Source: Patescibacteria group bacterium (GTDB lineage: Bacteria; Patescibacteriota; Minisyncoccia; UBA6257; GWB1-50-10). Taken from it: a stretch of 40,109 bases of DNA. The position numbers and the translations under genes were made by a program. Location: assembly GCA_038065455.1 (NCBI GenBank), contig JBBTQX010000007.1, forward strand, positions 1 through 40,109. The letters run 5' to 3'. The notes beneath the pieces were generated by a model. That model saw nothing but the letters and a program-made list of their open reading frames with translations. It made no database searches and was not told the origin of the DNA. Shown one piece after another: positions 1 through 9,019 of this stretch (positions within the stretch are counted from its first letter, which is position 1; each line of letters begins with the position of its first letter).

Positions 1-2
1 AT

Positions 3-73
3 TGCGGGATCGTCTAAAGGTAGGACGTCGCTCTCTGAAAGCGAAAATTTTGGTTCGATTCCAAGTCCCGCAG
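3..73 (+). tRNA. tRNA-Gln(CTG)
   Basis: Acceptor stem TGCGGGA/TCCCGCA, anticodon arm TCGCT-CT-CTG-AA-AGCGA, T-loop GGTTCGATTCC; CCA not encoded. Confidence 0.93.
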
Positions 74-141
74 CACTTAGAAAATCAATTTGAGCAAAGC
101 GAAAATTAGATTTTCAAGTGCTCCGATCAAAGCATCGGAGC
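72..141. repeat. Two tandem hairpins directly 3' of tRNA-Gln
   Basis: AGCACTT-A-GAAAATC...GATTTTC-AAGTGCT (72-122) enclosing GAGCAAAGCGAA, then GCTCCGAT-CAAAGC-ATCGGAGC (120-141). Confidence 0.7.
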
Positions 142-215
142 TACTGAGTCAGCGCAGTATCGAGGAAGACCAGGGATTGTCATAGATAACCCCATAACGT
201 GATATAAATATAAAA

Positions 216-590
216 ATGATAAATATTAAAGATCTTTACGCAATTTTTAAAGAAGCTGGGAAAATAGATGAATACCAAAAAATTTTGGAGTTGCTAGACG
301 ACTCGTTAAAAAATAGAGAAAAAATTGAAGAACTTACAAGTGAAAACAAACGACTAAAAGAACAATTAGCGGTTGCTAGAAAGATCCGATTCGAAAATAA
401 TGCCTACTACCTAGGACAAGATGGTCCCTTTTGTATGAATTGCTATGATAGCGACAAAAAACTTATTCGATTGCCAGAACGACCAGGATTTGATTCATTA
501 CAATGCCCTACGTGCAAAAATTACTTTGATCAGGGAAGAGGGGGCGGACTGCCAGTTATGCCTAGACGACCTCAAAATCAAGCAATATAA
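216..590 (+). CDS. Hypothetical protein, coiled coil plus C-terminal zinc ribbon
   Basis: ORF track 124 aa; heptad-rich N-half; CMNC and CPTC pairs; AT-rich. Confidence 0.75.
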   Translation: MINIKDLYAIFKEAGKIDEYQKILELLDDSLKNREKIEELTSENKRLKEQLAVARKIRFENNAYYLGQDGPFCMNCYDSDKKLIRLPERPGFDSLQCPTCKNYFDQGRGGGLPVMPRRPQNQAI

Positions 591-889
591 AAAACAAAGG
601 AAATATAGTACTTATAATTATCGTCGCCGTCGCTATTATTTGGGGACTTGGCACGCTTCTTAAAAAAGATACATACATCGGATTCTATTATCCTGATGCG
701 AGCAATTTATTTAATGATATACAAAGCGGGAACTCATTTGATTCATTGGATGCATGTCGTAATTGGGTAAGTGAACAAAAGTCTATTCATAATCCTAACG
801 GTACGAATTCTGATGATTATGAGTGTGGAAAAAATTGTGACTTACAAAATGGACAAAAACCTTATATCTGCGAAGAAACCCTTGAATAG
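587..889 (+). CDS. Membrane-anchored/exported 4-Cys protein with non-canonical ATA start (or start-loss pseudogene)
   Basis: Not in ORF track. Open frame of 100 codons: (I)KNKGNIVLIIIVAVAIIWGLG...GFYYPD...SLDACR...DYECGKNC...YICEETLE. In-frame TAG at 563-565 leaves ATA at 587 as the likely start. Confidence 0.7.
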   Translation: MKNKGNIVLIIIVAVAIIWGLGTLLKKDTYIGFYYPDASNLFNDIQSGNSFDSLDACRNWVSEQKSIHNPNGTNSDDYECGKNCDLQNGQKPYICEETLE

Positions 890-918
890 TTCTATACTTG
901 AGGTGGTAAAATAAAACC

Positions 919-1068
919 ATGAAACCCGAAGATTATTTGTGGCTATTAATTCCTCTGGGAGTTATTACACTTATCATTCTCTCTGTCCTTTTTATACCTG
1001 CAGAGAAATATGATCCAGATTTCGATTCTAGAATTGAAAATTGTGGACCTGGTGGTACATCGTGCTAA
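919..1068 (+). CDS. Small single-TM membrane protein (49 aa)
   Basis: MKPEDYLWLLIPLGVITLIILSVLFIPAEKYD...CGPGGTSC; extended -10 TGGTAAAAT ends 6 nt before ATG. Confidence 0.55.
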   Translation: MKPEDYLWLLIPLGVITLIILSVLFIPAEKYDPDFDSRIENCGPGGTSC

Positions 1069-1171
1069 TCCGACTAGACCGAGATGGGTAAATTGATCCC
1101 CGAAACCGACCCCAAAGAACGCTTGCGGGGCTTGAACGGTGGTGGTACTAGACCGGGGAACACAGCCAAAA

Positions 1172-1996
1172 TTAAAATAAAGTCTGCGGTTTTCCGCCTT
1201 CGTACTGGATTTCTTTGAGTTTTAATTTGCTTTCACCGGCCGATGAATCGAGCTCGGCTTTCAATATCTTCATTCGCTTGTCGCCCTTCATCGTCCAAAC
1301 ACCCGGCTCGGGATTCAAGGCCCGCACTTTCCGATAAATTATTGCCGGATCGTCCTTGTCCAAATCGACGAAGCCGTCCTGCGTGGAGAATTTTTTTGTG
1401 AATGTCGCCTGGCTTTCATCCTGTGCCGCCGGTTTTATTCCGCTCTCCGCGAAGTCGGGGAGAATTTTTACAAGCAAATCTCCGGCCAACTCGGCCAATC
1501 TTTCTTCCAATTCCTCGTACGTTATTTTGGAATTTGTCATTTGGAATTTGTCATTTACTAGAATATCCCCGTGGTCGATTTTCTCGTCCATTCGATATAA
1601 GGTGACGCCGGTTTCCTTGTCGCCATTCAGGATAGCAGACTGGATAGGCGAAGCGCCCCGGTATTTCGGGAGAAGCGAAGGATGAACGCCGATAATGCCC
1701 TTCGAAAAGGCATTTATAACCTCTTGAGGAATTATCTTCGCATAGGCGGCCACTATAGCGAAATCGAATTTAGAAATCAGAATCTGGAATTCAAAATCTA
1801 GAAGATTCTCCGGCTGATAGACCGGAATGCCGCATTCGAGCGCCAAAACCTTCGCCGGCGGGGGAGTGATTAGTTTTTTGCGCCCGACTGGTCGATCGGG
1901 ATTCGAAACCACACCCGAGGGCGGCATGCCGGAGTCAATCAGTTTTTTTAATACCGCCGCCGAAAATTTCGGCGTGCCGAAAAAAAGGTACTTCAT
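1172..1996 (-). CDS. fmt: Methionyl-tRNA formyltransferase
   Basis: FFGTP, PDRPVGR, HPSLLPKYRGASPIQ motifs; start reassigned to MKYLFF directly after def. Confidence 0.95.
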   Translation of the reverse strand: MKYLFFGTPKFSAAVLKKLIDSGMPPSGVVSNPDRPVGRKKLITPPPAKVLALECGIPVYQPENLLDFEFQILISKFDFAIVAAYAKIIPQEVINAFSKGIIGVHPSLLPKYRGASPIQSAILNGDKETGVTLYRMDEKIDHGDILVNDKFQMTNSKITYEELEERLAELAGDLLVKILPDFAESGIKPAAQDESQATFTKKFSTQDGFVDLDKDDPAIIYRKVRALNPEPGVWTMKGDKRMKILKAELDSSAGESKLKLKEIQYEGGKPQTLF

Positions 1997-1997
1997 T

Positions 1998-2537
1998 TTA
2001 TTTACCTTCGCGTTTAATCTTTTCTTCGCGAGTGACAAGCCGCTCCGAAGAAGGGGATTTTTGCACATTCTTTGTTCTATCGATAAAGAGTTTGCCATCC
2101 AAATGGTCCGTCTCGTGCTGGAAGACACGGGCCAAAAGATCCCAAGCCTTTATCTTTATCTTCCGCCCATTCGAATCTTGGCCGGTGAGCGTAAGCCGAT
2201 AATGGCGTTCCACCTGACCGAAAAGGCCAGGTACGCTCAAACAGCCCTCCTCGAGCATTTCCATTTCTTTCGAAACCTTCACGATTTCGGGATTGAATAC
2301 CGCATAAAACTTCGGCCGGCCGTTTTGGTCCGGCACCTGGGCCACAAACATCCGAAAGAAAAAACCGATTTGGTTGGCCGAAAGCCCGACGCCGTTGGCC
2401 TGTTTCATTATTTCCCGCATTGATTTTATGAGAGCTTGGATTTCTTTTTTCGAATATTTCCCGAAATCAAACTTCACCGTCTTTTGGCGAAGGAATTTTC
2501 CGCTCTTTTTATCGTCTATGAGCAGGATTTCGTTCAT
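1998..2537 (-). CDS. def: Peptide deformylase
   Basis: GVGLSANQ, EGCLS and QHETDHLDG motifs. Confidence 0.97.
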   Translation of the reverse strand: MNEILLIDDKKSGKFLRQKTVKFDFGKYSKKEIQALIKSMREIMKQANGVGLSANQIGFFFRMFVAQVPDQNGRPKFYAVFNPEIVKVSKEMEMLEEGCLSVPGLFGQVERHYRLTLTGQDSNGRKIKIKAWDLLARVFQHETDHLDGKLFIDRTKNVQKSPSSERLVTREEKIKREGK

Positions 2538-2806
2538 TTCTTTTTGGACTTGGATTTTTTGGAGAAAAGCACGCTCATAAAATATGCCCCTTTGTTTTTA
2601 ATATTCATGTTTTCTTTGATGCCCCCCGCTATCTTCATCAGTTTTTCCTGGTCATGCTCTTTGGCGAGTTTGATATAAAGCGCTTTATGTTTCTCATCCC
2701 CAAGGGTTTCGGAAAGCAAGAGTCCCACCATCTGGTGTTTCTGGTACACATGGCTCTTTTTGGAACGCTCCCGAAGGTTCTTGAGGTAATCGTTATCAAG
2801 CGCCAT
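2534..2806 (-). CDS. Hypothetical basic protein
   Basis: ORF with 4-bp overlap into def start; Lys-rich; start could be 2815. Confidence 0.65.
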   Translation of the reverse strand: MALDNDYLKNLRERSKKSHVYQKHQMVGLLLSETLGDEKHKALYIKLAKEHDQEKLMKIAGGIKENMNIKNKGAYFMSVLFSKKSKSKKK

Positions 2807-2845
2807 TCTACACATTTTAGGCGATTTCCTTTAATATATAAAGAT

Positions 2846-4054
2846 ATGATTTTAAACACCAGAAAAACGCTGGCCTTGGGTCTAATCGCCGTCATTTTGG
2901 CCGGAGGTATCTTTTACGCCGGCTTCAATGTCGGTTCCATTCAGAAAGTCGGTGGATTGGCTTTGGAAAATTCCACAAGTTCTTTGGCCGCCAATCCCGA
3001 GATACTCTGGGAAGCAATAAATCTGATAAAGGAAAACTACGTCAGCGCTAAAGACGTGACCGACAAAGATTTGATATACGGAGCGGTAGCCGGCGCGGTG
3101 GGCGCCCTCAAGGACCCCTATTCGGTCTTTTTCAATCCGAGCGATGCGGAAAAATTCAGCCAAGATTTGAATGGCAGCTTCGGCGGCGTGGGAATGGAAA
3201 TCGGCATCAAAAACAGCCAGCTGGTGGTCATCGCGCCCCTCAAAGGCAATCCGGCGGAGAAAGCCGGTTTTAAACCGGGTGATATGATTCTGAAAATCGA
3301 CGATACTTTTACGAACGATATGGATACCACCGCCGCGGTGAAAATAATCCGGGGCGAACCGGGTACGAAAGTAAAACTCCTAATGATGCGCGAAGGTTGG
3401 AAAGAACCGAAAGAATTCGAGATTACCCGAGCCATCATCGAAGTACCGACCTTGGATTGGGAGATGAAAGAGGGGAACATCGCTTATATTCAACTCTATA
3501 ATTTCAATTCGAATGCCGGCTCGCTCTTCTACAACTCGGCTCTATCGACTCTGATAAGCGGCGCAAAGGGCGTGGTGTTGGATTTACGGAACAATCCGGG
3601 CGGTTTTCTCGACATCTCGATTGAAATTGCCGGTTGGTTTACGAATCGCGGCGAGCCCGTTGTGCGGGAAAAATTCCGTTCGGGCGAAGAAAATGTGATG
3701 CGCTCAAACGGCCCGAGTGCCCTCGTCAATCTGCCTGTAGTGGTGCTCGTGAATGGCGGCTCGGCCTCGGCCTCCGAGATATTGGCTGGAGCGCTCCAGG
3801 ATGTCCGCAAAATAAAACTCGTGGGAGAAAAGACTTTCGGTAAGGGCAGCGTTCAGGAAATAGAGAATTTGAAAGATGGTTCCACTCTCAAAATAACCAT
3901 TGCCGAATGGCTCACGCCGAATGGGCGGCATATAAATAAACTGGGCATTATCCCGGATGTGGTGATTAAAATGCCCGATGACGGCATTATCAACAAAAAA
4001 GATCCCCAGCTCGACAAGGCACTCGAGATAATAAAACAAGAGATAAATAAATGA
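2846..4054 (+). CDS. ctpA: Carboxyl-terminal processing protease (S41A, PDZ domain)
   Basis: N-terminal TM, DPYS, GVGMEI PDZ, LDLRNNPGG, SASASEI, GEKTFGKGSVQ; start set at MILNTRK. Confidence 0.93.
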   Translation: MILNTRKTLALGLIAVILAGGIFYAGFNVGSIQKVGGLALENSTSSLAANPEILWEAINLIKENYVSAKDVTDKDLIYGAVAGAVGALKDPYSVFFNPSDAEKFSQDLNGSFGGVGMEIGIKNSQLVVIAPLKGNPAEKAGFKPGDMILKIDDTFTNDMDTTAAVKIIRGEPGTKVKLLMMREGWKEPKEFEITRAIIEVPTLDWEMKEGNIAYIQLYNFNSNAGSLFYNSALSTLISGAKGVVLDLRNNPGGFLDISIEIAGWFTNRGEPVVREKFRSGEENVMRSNGPSALVNLPVVVLVNGGSASASEILAGALQDVRKIKLVGEKTFGKGSVQEIENLKDGSTLKITIAEWLTPNGRHINKLGIIPDVVIKMPDDGIINKKDPQLDKALEIIKQEINK

Positions 4055-4503
4055 AAATTATATTAATTAAGGATGTAAAGGGCATCGGCAAAGCATTCGA
4101 TGTGAAAGAAGTCAAAGACGGCTATGCCCGAAACTTCCTCCTGTTGAAGGGACTAGCCGAAGCGGCCACGAAAGAGGCTGTCCAAAGGTTGGAACGGCAG
4201 AAAAAAATTCGGGAAACCGAGCATCAAAAACTTGTCGAGGAGCTCAAAATCGGAGCGAAAAACCTCGAGGGATTGGAATTGAAATTCAAGATGAAAACGG
4301 GGGAGAAAGGCGAAACTTTCGGCTCGGTGAGCCGGAAAGACATCGAGCTGGAGCTCGCGAAACACGGCTATAAAGATTTGAAAATAGAATTGGAAAAGCC
4401 CATTAAGGGCATCGGCGAACACTCGGTGCCGATAGATCTAGGAGAAGGGATAATGGCAAAAGTGAAAGTCTTAACCGAGGCGGAACAGAAAATCCCGGCT
4501 TAA
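4051..4503 (+). CDS. rplI: 50S ribosomal protein bL9
   Basis: MKIILIKDVKGIGK...VKDGYARNFLL; FGSV motif. Confidence 0.96.
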   Translation: MKIILIKDVKGIGKAFDVKEVKDGYARNFLLLKGLAEAATKEAVQRLERQKKIRETEHQKLVEELKIGAKNLEGLELKFKMKTGEKGETFGSVSRKDIELELAKHGYKDLKIELEKPIKGIGEHSVPIDLGEGIMAKVKVLTEAEQKIPA

Positions 4504-4515
4504 GCCGGGATTTTC
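4488..4515. terminator. Palindrome between convergent rplI and rpmA (probable bidirectional terminator)
   Basis: Perfect 28-bp palindrome GAAAATCCCGGCTTAAGCCGGGATTTTC. Confidence 0.7.
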
Positions 4516-4516
4516 A

Positions 4517-4789
4517 TTAGATTACGCTGACTACCTTCACTGATTTCTTCGAGCCGTCGAAACTGGTTTTGCGCTTGTCGGAGAATTTGATCACGCCGAT
4601 TTTCATCGCGTAGATGGTATCATCGCTGCCGATCTTCACGTTCTTGCCCGGATGGTATTTCGTGCCCCGCTGGCGGATGATGATATCGCCCGGCTTGGTC
4701 TTTTCGCCCGCAAAGAGCTTCACGCCAAGCCGTTTGGATTCTGATTCTCTGCCTAACTTTGTAGAGCCTTTAGCTTTTGTATGTGCCAT
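4517..4789 (-). CDS. rpmA: 50S ribosomal protein bL27
   Basis: [22 protein letters not shown]; [13 protein letters not shown]. Confidence 0.97.
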   Translation of the reverse strand: MAHTKAKGSTKLGRESESKRLGVKLFAGEKTKPGDIIIRQRGTKYHPGKNVKIGSDDTIYAMKIGVIKFSDKRKTSFDGSKKSVKVVSVI

Positions 4790-4823
4790 AACGTTCTTAT
4801 ATAATAATCAAAATGCTCCTCTG

Positions 4824-4979
4824 ATGTCAAATTTCACAGCCTGGATAAGGGAAAATCGGGTAAGAATCGTCTTTTGGCTCGGCCTAGCGATAATCGCGTC
4901 CCTGGCCTTCGGCCTCGGCTATCTCACGGCCGGCCAAGCCAACCCCGCACCGATCATCATTCAAAAAAACTCGCGATAG
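4824..4979 (+). CDS. Small single-TM membrane protein (51 aa)
   Basis: MSNFTAWIREN...LAIIASLAFGLGYL...PAPIII; 3' part of track ORF 4614-4979. Confidence 0.6.
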   Translation: MSNFTAWIRENRVRIVFWLGLAIIASLAFGLGYLTAGQANPAPIIIQKNSR

Positions 4980-5100
4980 GCCTTCAAATTGACGGCATAG
5001 GCCAAACTGCTCTAATATATCGGCATCTAAACAAAAGGTGTTTAGGTGCAGTATCTTACCAACAAAACAACGAGGGCTCGGAAAGCCCAAGGAGATTGCT

Positions 5101-5733
5101 ATGTTGAACACATATTTGCTCGGCTTCATTATTTTTCTGTTGTTCGTTATTCTTTTTTTTGTGCTCCCAAAAACGCCTAAAAAGAGGTTTGGGGAAGGGA
5201 GAAAATTAACAAAAGAGAAAAGAATTTGGATCATCGCGGAAGCGATAACGCGATATATAAAACGGAATGAGGCGAACAACGCTTTATATAAAGCCTTCAA
5301 TATCACCTCGCCTGACAACGTTTTCATTGATGTCCGGATATTTCTCACGCGGTATGCGATACCGCGAGGGTTAACGTTATTTCAGGATCTATTCGACCAA
5401 ATCCTGAAAATGTACGCGGAAGACATGCAAAAAATCTTCAACCGGGAAGATCAATTAAAGGAAAATTACGGGGAGGATGAGGTTTTTTGGAACTCCATGT
5501 CCCGCCACGATTTGGAAAAGAAAATGGAAGAAAAACGCGATCTGGAAAGAGATAAGGAGCGCGTTGAAAACGAATTCTGGACGCTGTATGACGCGCTAAA
5601 ATGTTTTGGAATTAAAACATTCGGCGATGGTAGAAATTACAAACCCTATCTGGTTCTAACGTCGGCGCAGCAGAAAGTATACTTACCCAACCCCCAGTCT
5701 TTTAAACCCAACATAATGAAGGAGAAGGTATGA
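5101..5733 (+). CDS. Hypothetical protein with N-terminal TM helix
   Basis: AAGGAG upstream of ATG 5101; hydrophobic N-terminus; 4-bp overlap with next gene. Confidence 0.7.
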   Translation: MLNTYLLGFIIFLLFVILFFVLPKTPKKRFGEGRKLTKEKRIWIIAEAITRYIKRNEANNALYKAFNITSPDNVFIDVRIFLTRYAIPRGLTLFQDLFDQILKMYAEDMQKIFNREDQLKENYGEDEVFWNSMSRHDLEKKMEEKRDLERDKERVENEFWTLYDALKCFGIKTFGDGRNYKPYLVLTSAQQKVYLPNPQSFKPNIMKEKV

Positions 5734-6119
5734 AAGTATTGATTGTGGACGATTCAACCGTAATGCGACGAATAGTCGCCAATATGTTAACGTCTTTTGG
5801 CTTTGACCCAATTGAAGCGAAAAATGGAATGGATGCGACTCGAAAAATCCTGGATGAAAAACCCGACTTGGTTATTACGGATTGGAATATGCCGGAAAAG
5901 AATGGAGAGGATCTCGCAAGATGGATAAGGACCAATGAGCAGTTCAAAAAACTGCCAATCATAATGGTAACCGTGTCCAATAACAATGAGGAGATCGCCA
6001 GAAAAATGCGATTCCTCGTGAATGACGTCATCAATAAGCCATTCCCACCGCAAAAGTTGTTGAGCAAGATAGAGGCGATAATTTGCGAATCGAATAAGTC
6101 TTCAGTAAGTATAAGATAA
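5730..6119 (+). CDS. Stand-alone CheY-like response-regulator receiver
   Basis: LIVDDS, ITDWNMP (phospho-Asp), MVT and KPF motifs; no output domain. Confidence 0.88.
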   Translation: MKVLIVDDSTVMRRIVANMLTSFGFDPIEAKNGMDATRKILDEKPDLVITDWNMPEKNGEDLARWIRTNEQFKKLPIIMVTVSNNNEEIARKMRFLVNDVINKPFPPQKLLSKIEAIICESNKSSVSIR

Positions 6120-6138
6120 AAAAACACAAAAATTAATG

Positions 6139-6178
6139 AGACGCTCCAAACATTGGAACGTCTTTTTTATTTTCCATT
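6139..6178 (+). terminator. Intrinsic terminator
   Basis: AGACG-C-TCCAA-ACA-TTGGA-A-CGTCT followed by a T run. Confidence 0.6.
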
Positions 6179-6198
6179 TAATTTTTATAATATTCCTA

Positions 6199-6279
6199 TC
6201 TCCGATAATTTCCACTTGAGCGAGCGGAATTTCAGCGCTTGGAGGTCCGTCTGCGAGCGAGAGTGGAGATTATCGGGGA
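6199..6279. repeat. Long imperfect hairpin element with internal GAGCGA motifs
   Basis: CCGATAATTTCCACT (6202-6216) / AGTGGAGATTATCGG (6262-6276) arms; interior GAGCGAGCG...GCGAGCGAG. Confidence 0.7.
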
Positions 6280-6284
6280 CACTC

Positions 6285-7055
6285 CTAGTTGTATCCAACT
6301 TTCTTCAACCAAAACTCATTCTCCCATTCCCATAGGCGCTTTGCGCCCAGGAAAGCGTGGAAGTCCTCGTGCCAGTAGGGGAATTCCTTGATTTCAATGA
6401 GGCCGGTCACCGGACCCCAATCGTGCTCGCATTTTTCGGCGGCCGTCCGGCCCACGCGGATTTTTTCGTAACGGATTTTGTCCCTTCCGCCCTTGCTCCG
6501 CATCGTCGCTCCGCAGATATGGCAGGTCTTCACTTGGTCGATTCTTAAAATCCAGCGCGTCTCCAAGCCCTTCACCTGGTCCTTCATCGCGGCGATATAA
6601 GCCGAAGTCTGGAGATTATAATCGCGATAGATGGCCATTGAGGTCTTGATATCCAAAATACCGAGCTTCCCGCCGATTAAGGCGATTGCGTCCAGCGTGC
6701 CAGCATAACGCTCCTCGTAGTTCACAAGGCGCTTTTCCACAAAATCTTTGTCCACTTGGATTTTGTTTCGTTCGGTAAACTCCACGAAGGCCTGGACGGA
6801 GGGGAGTATCTCCGGCGGAATCTCCGGATTTTTACCGAGCAGGATGCCCTCCACGGCCTCGTGCACCAGTGTGCCCTCGCTTGCAGACTGGGATTTTATC
6901 TTCTCGCCGGCATCAAAGTTCGGCAGATTCGCGTAGAAGCGGTAGAGCTCCGGCTTGGACTTTATCTCCATTATCTTCGTGACCCGCGGATACCAGAAGC
7001 CGTCTATCTCGTAGCCGGCCAGCTCTTTGAATTGGTCAATATCTTTGTAATACAT
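6285..7055 (-). CDS. PD-(D/E)XK family exonuclease (Cas4/lambda-exo-like fold) with Zn-ribbon insert
   Basis: YPRVT, EGTLVH, E...YAGTLD...DIKT...QTSAY motifs; CHICG insert. Confidence 0.8.
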   Translation of the reverse strand: MYYKDIDQFKELAGYEIDGFWYPRVTKIMEIKSKPELYRFYANLPNFDAGEKIKSQSASEGTLVHEAVEGILLGKNPEIPPEILPSVQAFVEFTERNKIQVDKDFVEKRLVNYEERYAGTLDAIALIGGKLGILDIKTSMAIYRDYNLQTSAYIAAMKDQVKGLETRWILRIDQVKTCHICGATMRSKGGRDKIRYEKIRVGRTAAEKCEHDWGPVTGLIEIKEFPYWHEDFHAFLGAKRLWEWENEFWLKKVGYN

Positions 7056-7065
7056 CTGCCTAATC

Positions 7066-8442
7066 TTACTTCATTTTCTGGAGAAGTTCATTGGTGTATT
7101 CCACGACCGTGCCGGCGCCCATCATAATTAACACAGAATTATGAATTATGAATTTTGAATTTTGAATTACGGCTTTTTCTACGGCTTTTTTCAAATTTCT
7201 GGGATTTTTTAGATAGATCGCGCCGGGGATTTTTTCGGCGAGCGCCTCTGAAGTATATTTTTTGCTTGAGATATCCCGGCCCGCCACCCTATAAGAGGGG
7301 AGTAAGATGAGCGAATCGGCATCATTGAAAGCGTGCGCGAAATCATTGAAGAGCGCCTTCAAGCGGTGGGCCTGATGGGGCTGAAAAACGCAGATGATTT
7401 TCGATTCAGGATACTTTTCCCGGAAGGCCTGAAGCGTCGCTTTTATCTCCGTCGGATGGTGGGCATAGTCGTCGTAAACCGGCATTTGTAATTTGTAATT
7501 TGTAATTTGTAATTTCCCCCTATATTCCATCCGACGCCAGGCGCCGCGATATTGTTTGAGCGCGGAGAGAATCTTTTTTTCCGGAATGCCCAGATTTCTA
7601 GCGAGCACATAGACCGCCATTGCATTCTGGAGATTGTGCTTCCCCGGAACGGAAAGATTTTTTTTCAGACGGGAAACGATGGACAGAGAAGCGGCCGCAA
7701 CCGAATACCAGACGAGTTTCACACCATTCCGTTTCGTGAGTTTTTCGATCTCGCGCTTCAGCGAGAAAAGTTTTTCGTCGTCGCGGTTCGCGACGAGAAT
7801 CCCGCCGGTCTGGATGTTCCAGATGTATTTCAAAAAACTTTTTTTGACGTTCCCGAAATTTTTATAGAAATCCAAATGCTCGCGGTCGATATTCGTGATA
7901 ATCGCGCCGAAGGGGGAGTAGTTCCAAAAAGCCCCTTTCCATTCGTCGGCCTCTAAAACCAGGAAGCCGCTCTTGCCCAGGCGGAAGTTCCGCCCGCCGA
8001 ACTCTTTCAATTTAGTGCCCACGATGACCGTCGGATCCCAGCCGGCTTTTATCAAAACCAAAGAAAGCATGGCGGTAGTCGTACTTTTTCCGTGAGCGCC
8101 CGCAACTCCGAAAGTTCGATAACGGCGGGTGAGTATGCCGACGGCTTCCGGATATGACTGGGTTTTAATACCTAAACGCCTGGCCTCCAAAAGCTCTGGA
8201 TTATCCGGTTTTATGGCATTAGTATAGACTACTAGGCTTGGCAGGTTCATATCGTCGGGGATTATATTGGCCTTTTTATGCCCTATTTTGACCTTAAAAC
8301 CATCCTTTTTGAGCTTCCTAGTAATTATCGACTCGGCCGAATCCGACCCCGAAACAACCCATTTTTGGCTCTTAAACCAATAGGCCAGGGAACTGACCCC
8401 AATGCCGCCGATTCCGATGAAGTGAACAGAATTTTTCTTCAT
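7066..8442 (-). CDS. murC: UDP-N-acetylmuramate--L-alanine ligase
   Basis: HFIGIGGIGVS, GAHGKSTTT, EADE, DDYAHHPTEI, FQPH. Confidence 0.96.
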   Translation of the reverse strand: MKKNSVHFIGIGGIGVSSLAYWFKSQKWVVSGSDSAESIITRKLKKDGFKVKIGHKKANIIPDDMNLPSLVVYTNAIKPDNPELLEARRLGIKTQSYPEAVGILTRRYRTFGVAGAHGKSTTTAMLSLVLIKAGWDPTVIVGTKLKEFGGRNFRLGKSGFLVLEADEWKGAFWNYSPFGAIITNIDREHLDFYKNFGNVKKSFLKYIWNIQTGGILVANRDDEKLFSLKREIEKLTKRNGVKLVWYSVAAASLSIVSRLKKNLSVPGKHNLQNAMAVYVLARNLGIPEKKILSALKQYRGAWRRMEYRGKLQITNYKLQMPVYDDYAHHPTEIKATLQAFREKYPESKIICVFQPHQAHRLKALFNDFAHAFNDADSLILLPSYRVAGRDISSKKYTSEALAEKIPGAIYLKNPRNLKKAVEKAVIQNSKFIIHNSVLIMMGAGTVVEYTNELLQKMK

Positions 8443-8479
8443 TTTGTTATCTATTAACTATAAACCAATAGAGGTTGAT

Positions 8480-8629
8480 ATGAAAGAAAGCCCGCAGAAT
8501 ACTGTCGCACATTGTTGCTTTTGCGACAGGACACGGAACTCTTATAGGCGCTCATCTTTCCGTGAATCTCTTTCAAGAGATCTGTATCTTCTTTGCCAAC
8601 GCTTTTCCCTCAAATGTATGGATAGTTAA
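8480..8629 (+). CDS. Possible small Cys-rich protein (49 aa)
   Basis: AGAGG upstream of ATG 8480; CCFC...C...C; fills an otherwise empty gap. May be spurious. Confidence 0.3.
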   Translation: MKESPQNTVAHCCFCDRTRNSYRRSSFRESLSRDLYLLCQRFSLKCMDS

Positions 8630-8997
8630 AGATACGAGAGCCCTACTTTGATAAGTTTGATGACTATTTCCCAAATCCAAATCACGAGATTGGCGACGGA
8701 TTTCACTATTTCAGTGAAGCTCACGCCGATATTTTGCAGAAACCAATTATTGATGGAATCCCAGCCGGATTTTACGTTCGAAAAATCCAAGGAATCACCG
8801 GAAACGGACGGCTGTCCGCCGATATCAATACCCTTAAGCTTATCGATAAAATTAGCGATGGGAGCGGGAATACTCTCCGTAATGGTCTGGCCGACGTCGA
8901 TTATGTCCGGGATAATCGGCGCCGTCTGGGCCGAAGCGAAAATAGGCACAACGAAAAGCGGAAGCGAAAGGATTGTTATTGAAATTTTTTTGAACAT
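8626..8997 (-). CDS. Hypothetical exported/membrane protein
   Basis: Signal peptide ending ASA-Q; amphipathic C-terminal helix. Confidence 0.7.
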   Translation of the reverse strand: MFKKISITILSLPLFVVPIFASAQTAPIIPDIIDVGQTITESIPAPIANFIDKLKGIDIGGQPSVSGDSLDFSNVKSGWDSINNWFLQNIGVSFTEIVKSVANLVIWIWEIVIKLIKVGLSYL

Positions 8998-9019
8998 GCC
9001 GATATAAAGTAGTGTGCCC

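Noticed and set aside
1051-1156. Short repeats GGTGGTAC and ACTAGACCG, each twice, as a possible att site for the tRNA-adjacent AT-rich genes
   Set aside because: Only 8-9 bp, no match to the tRNA 3' end, and no integrase.
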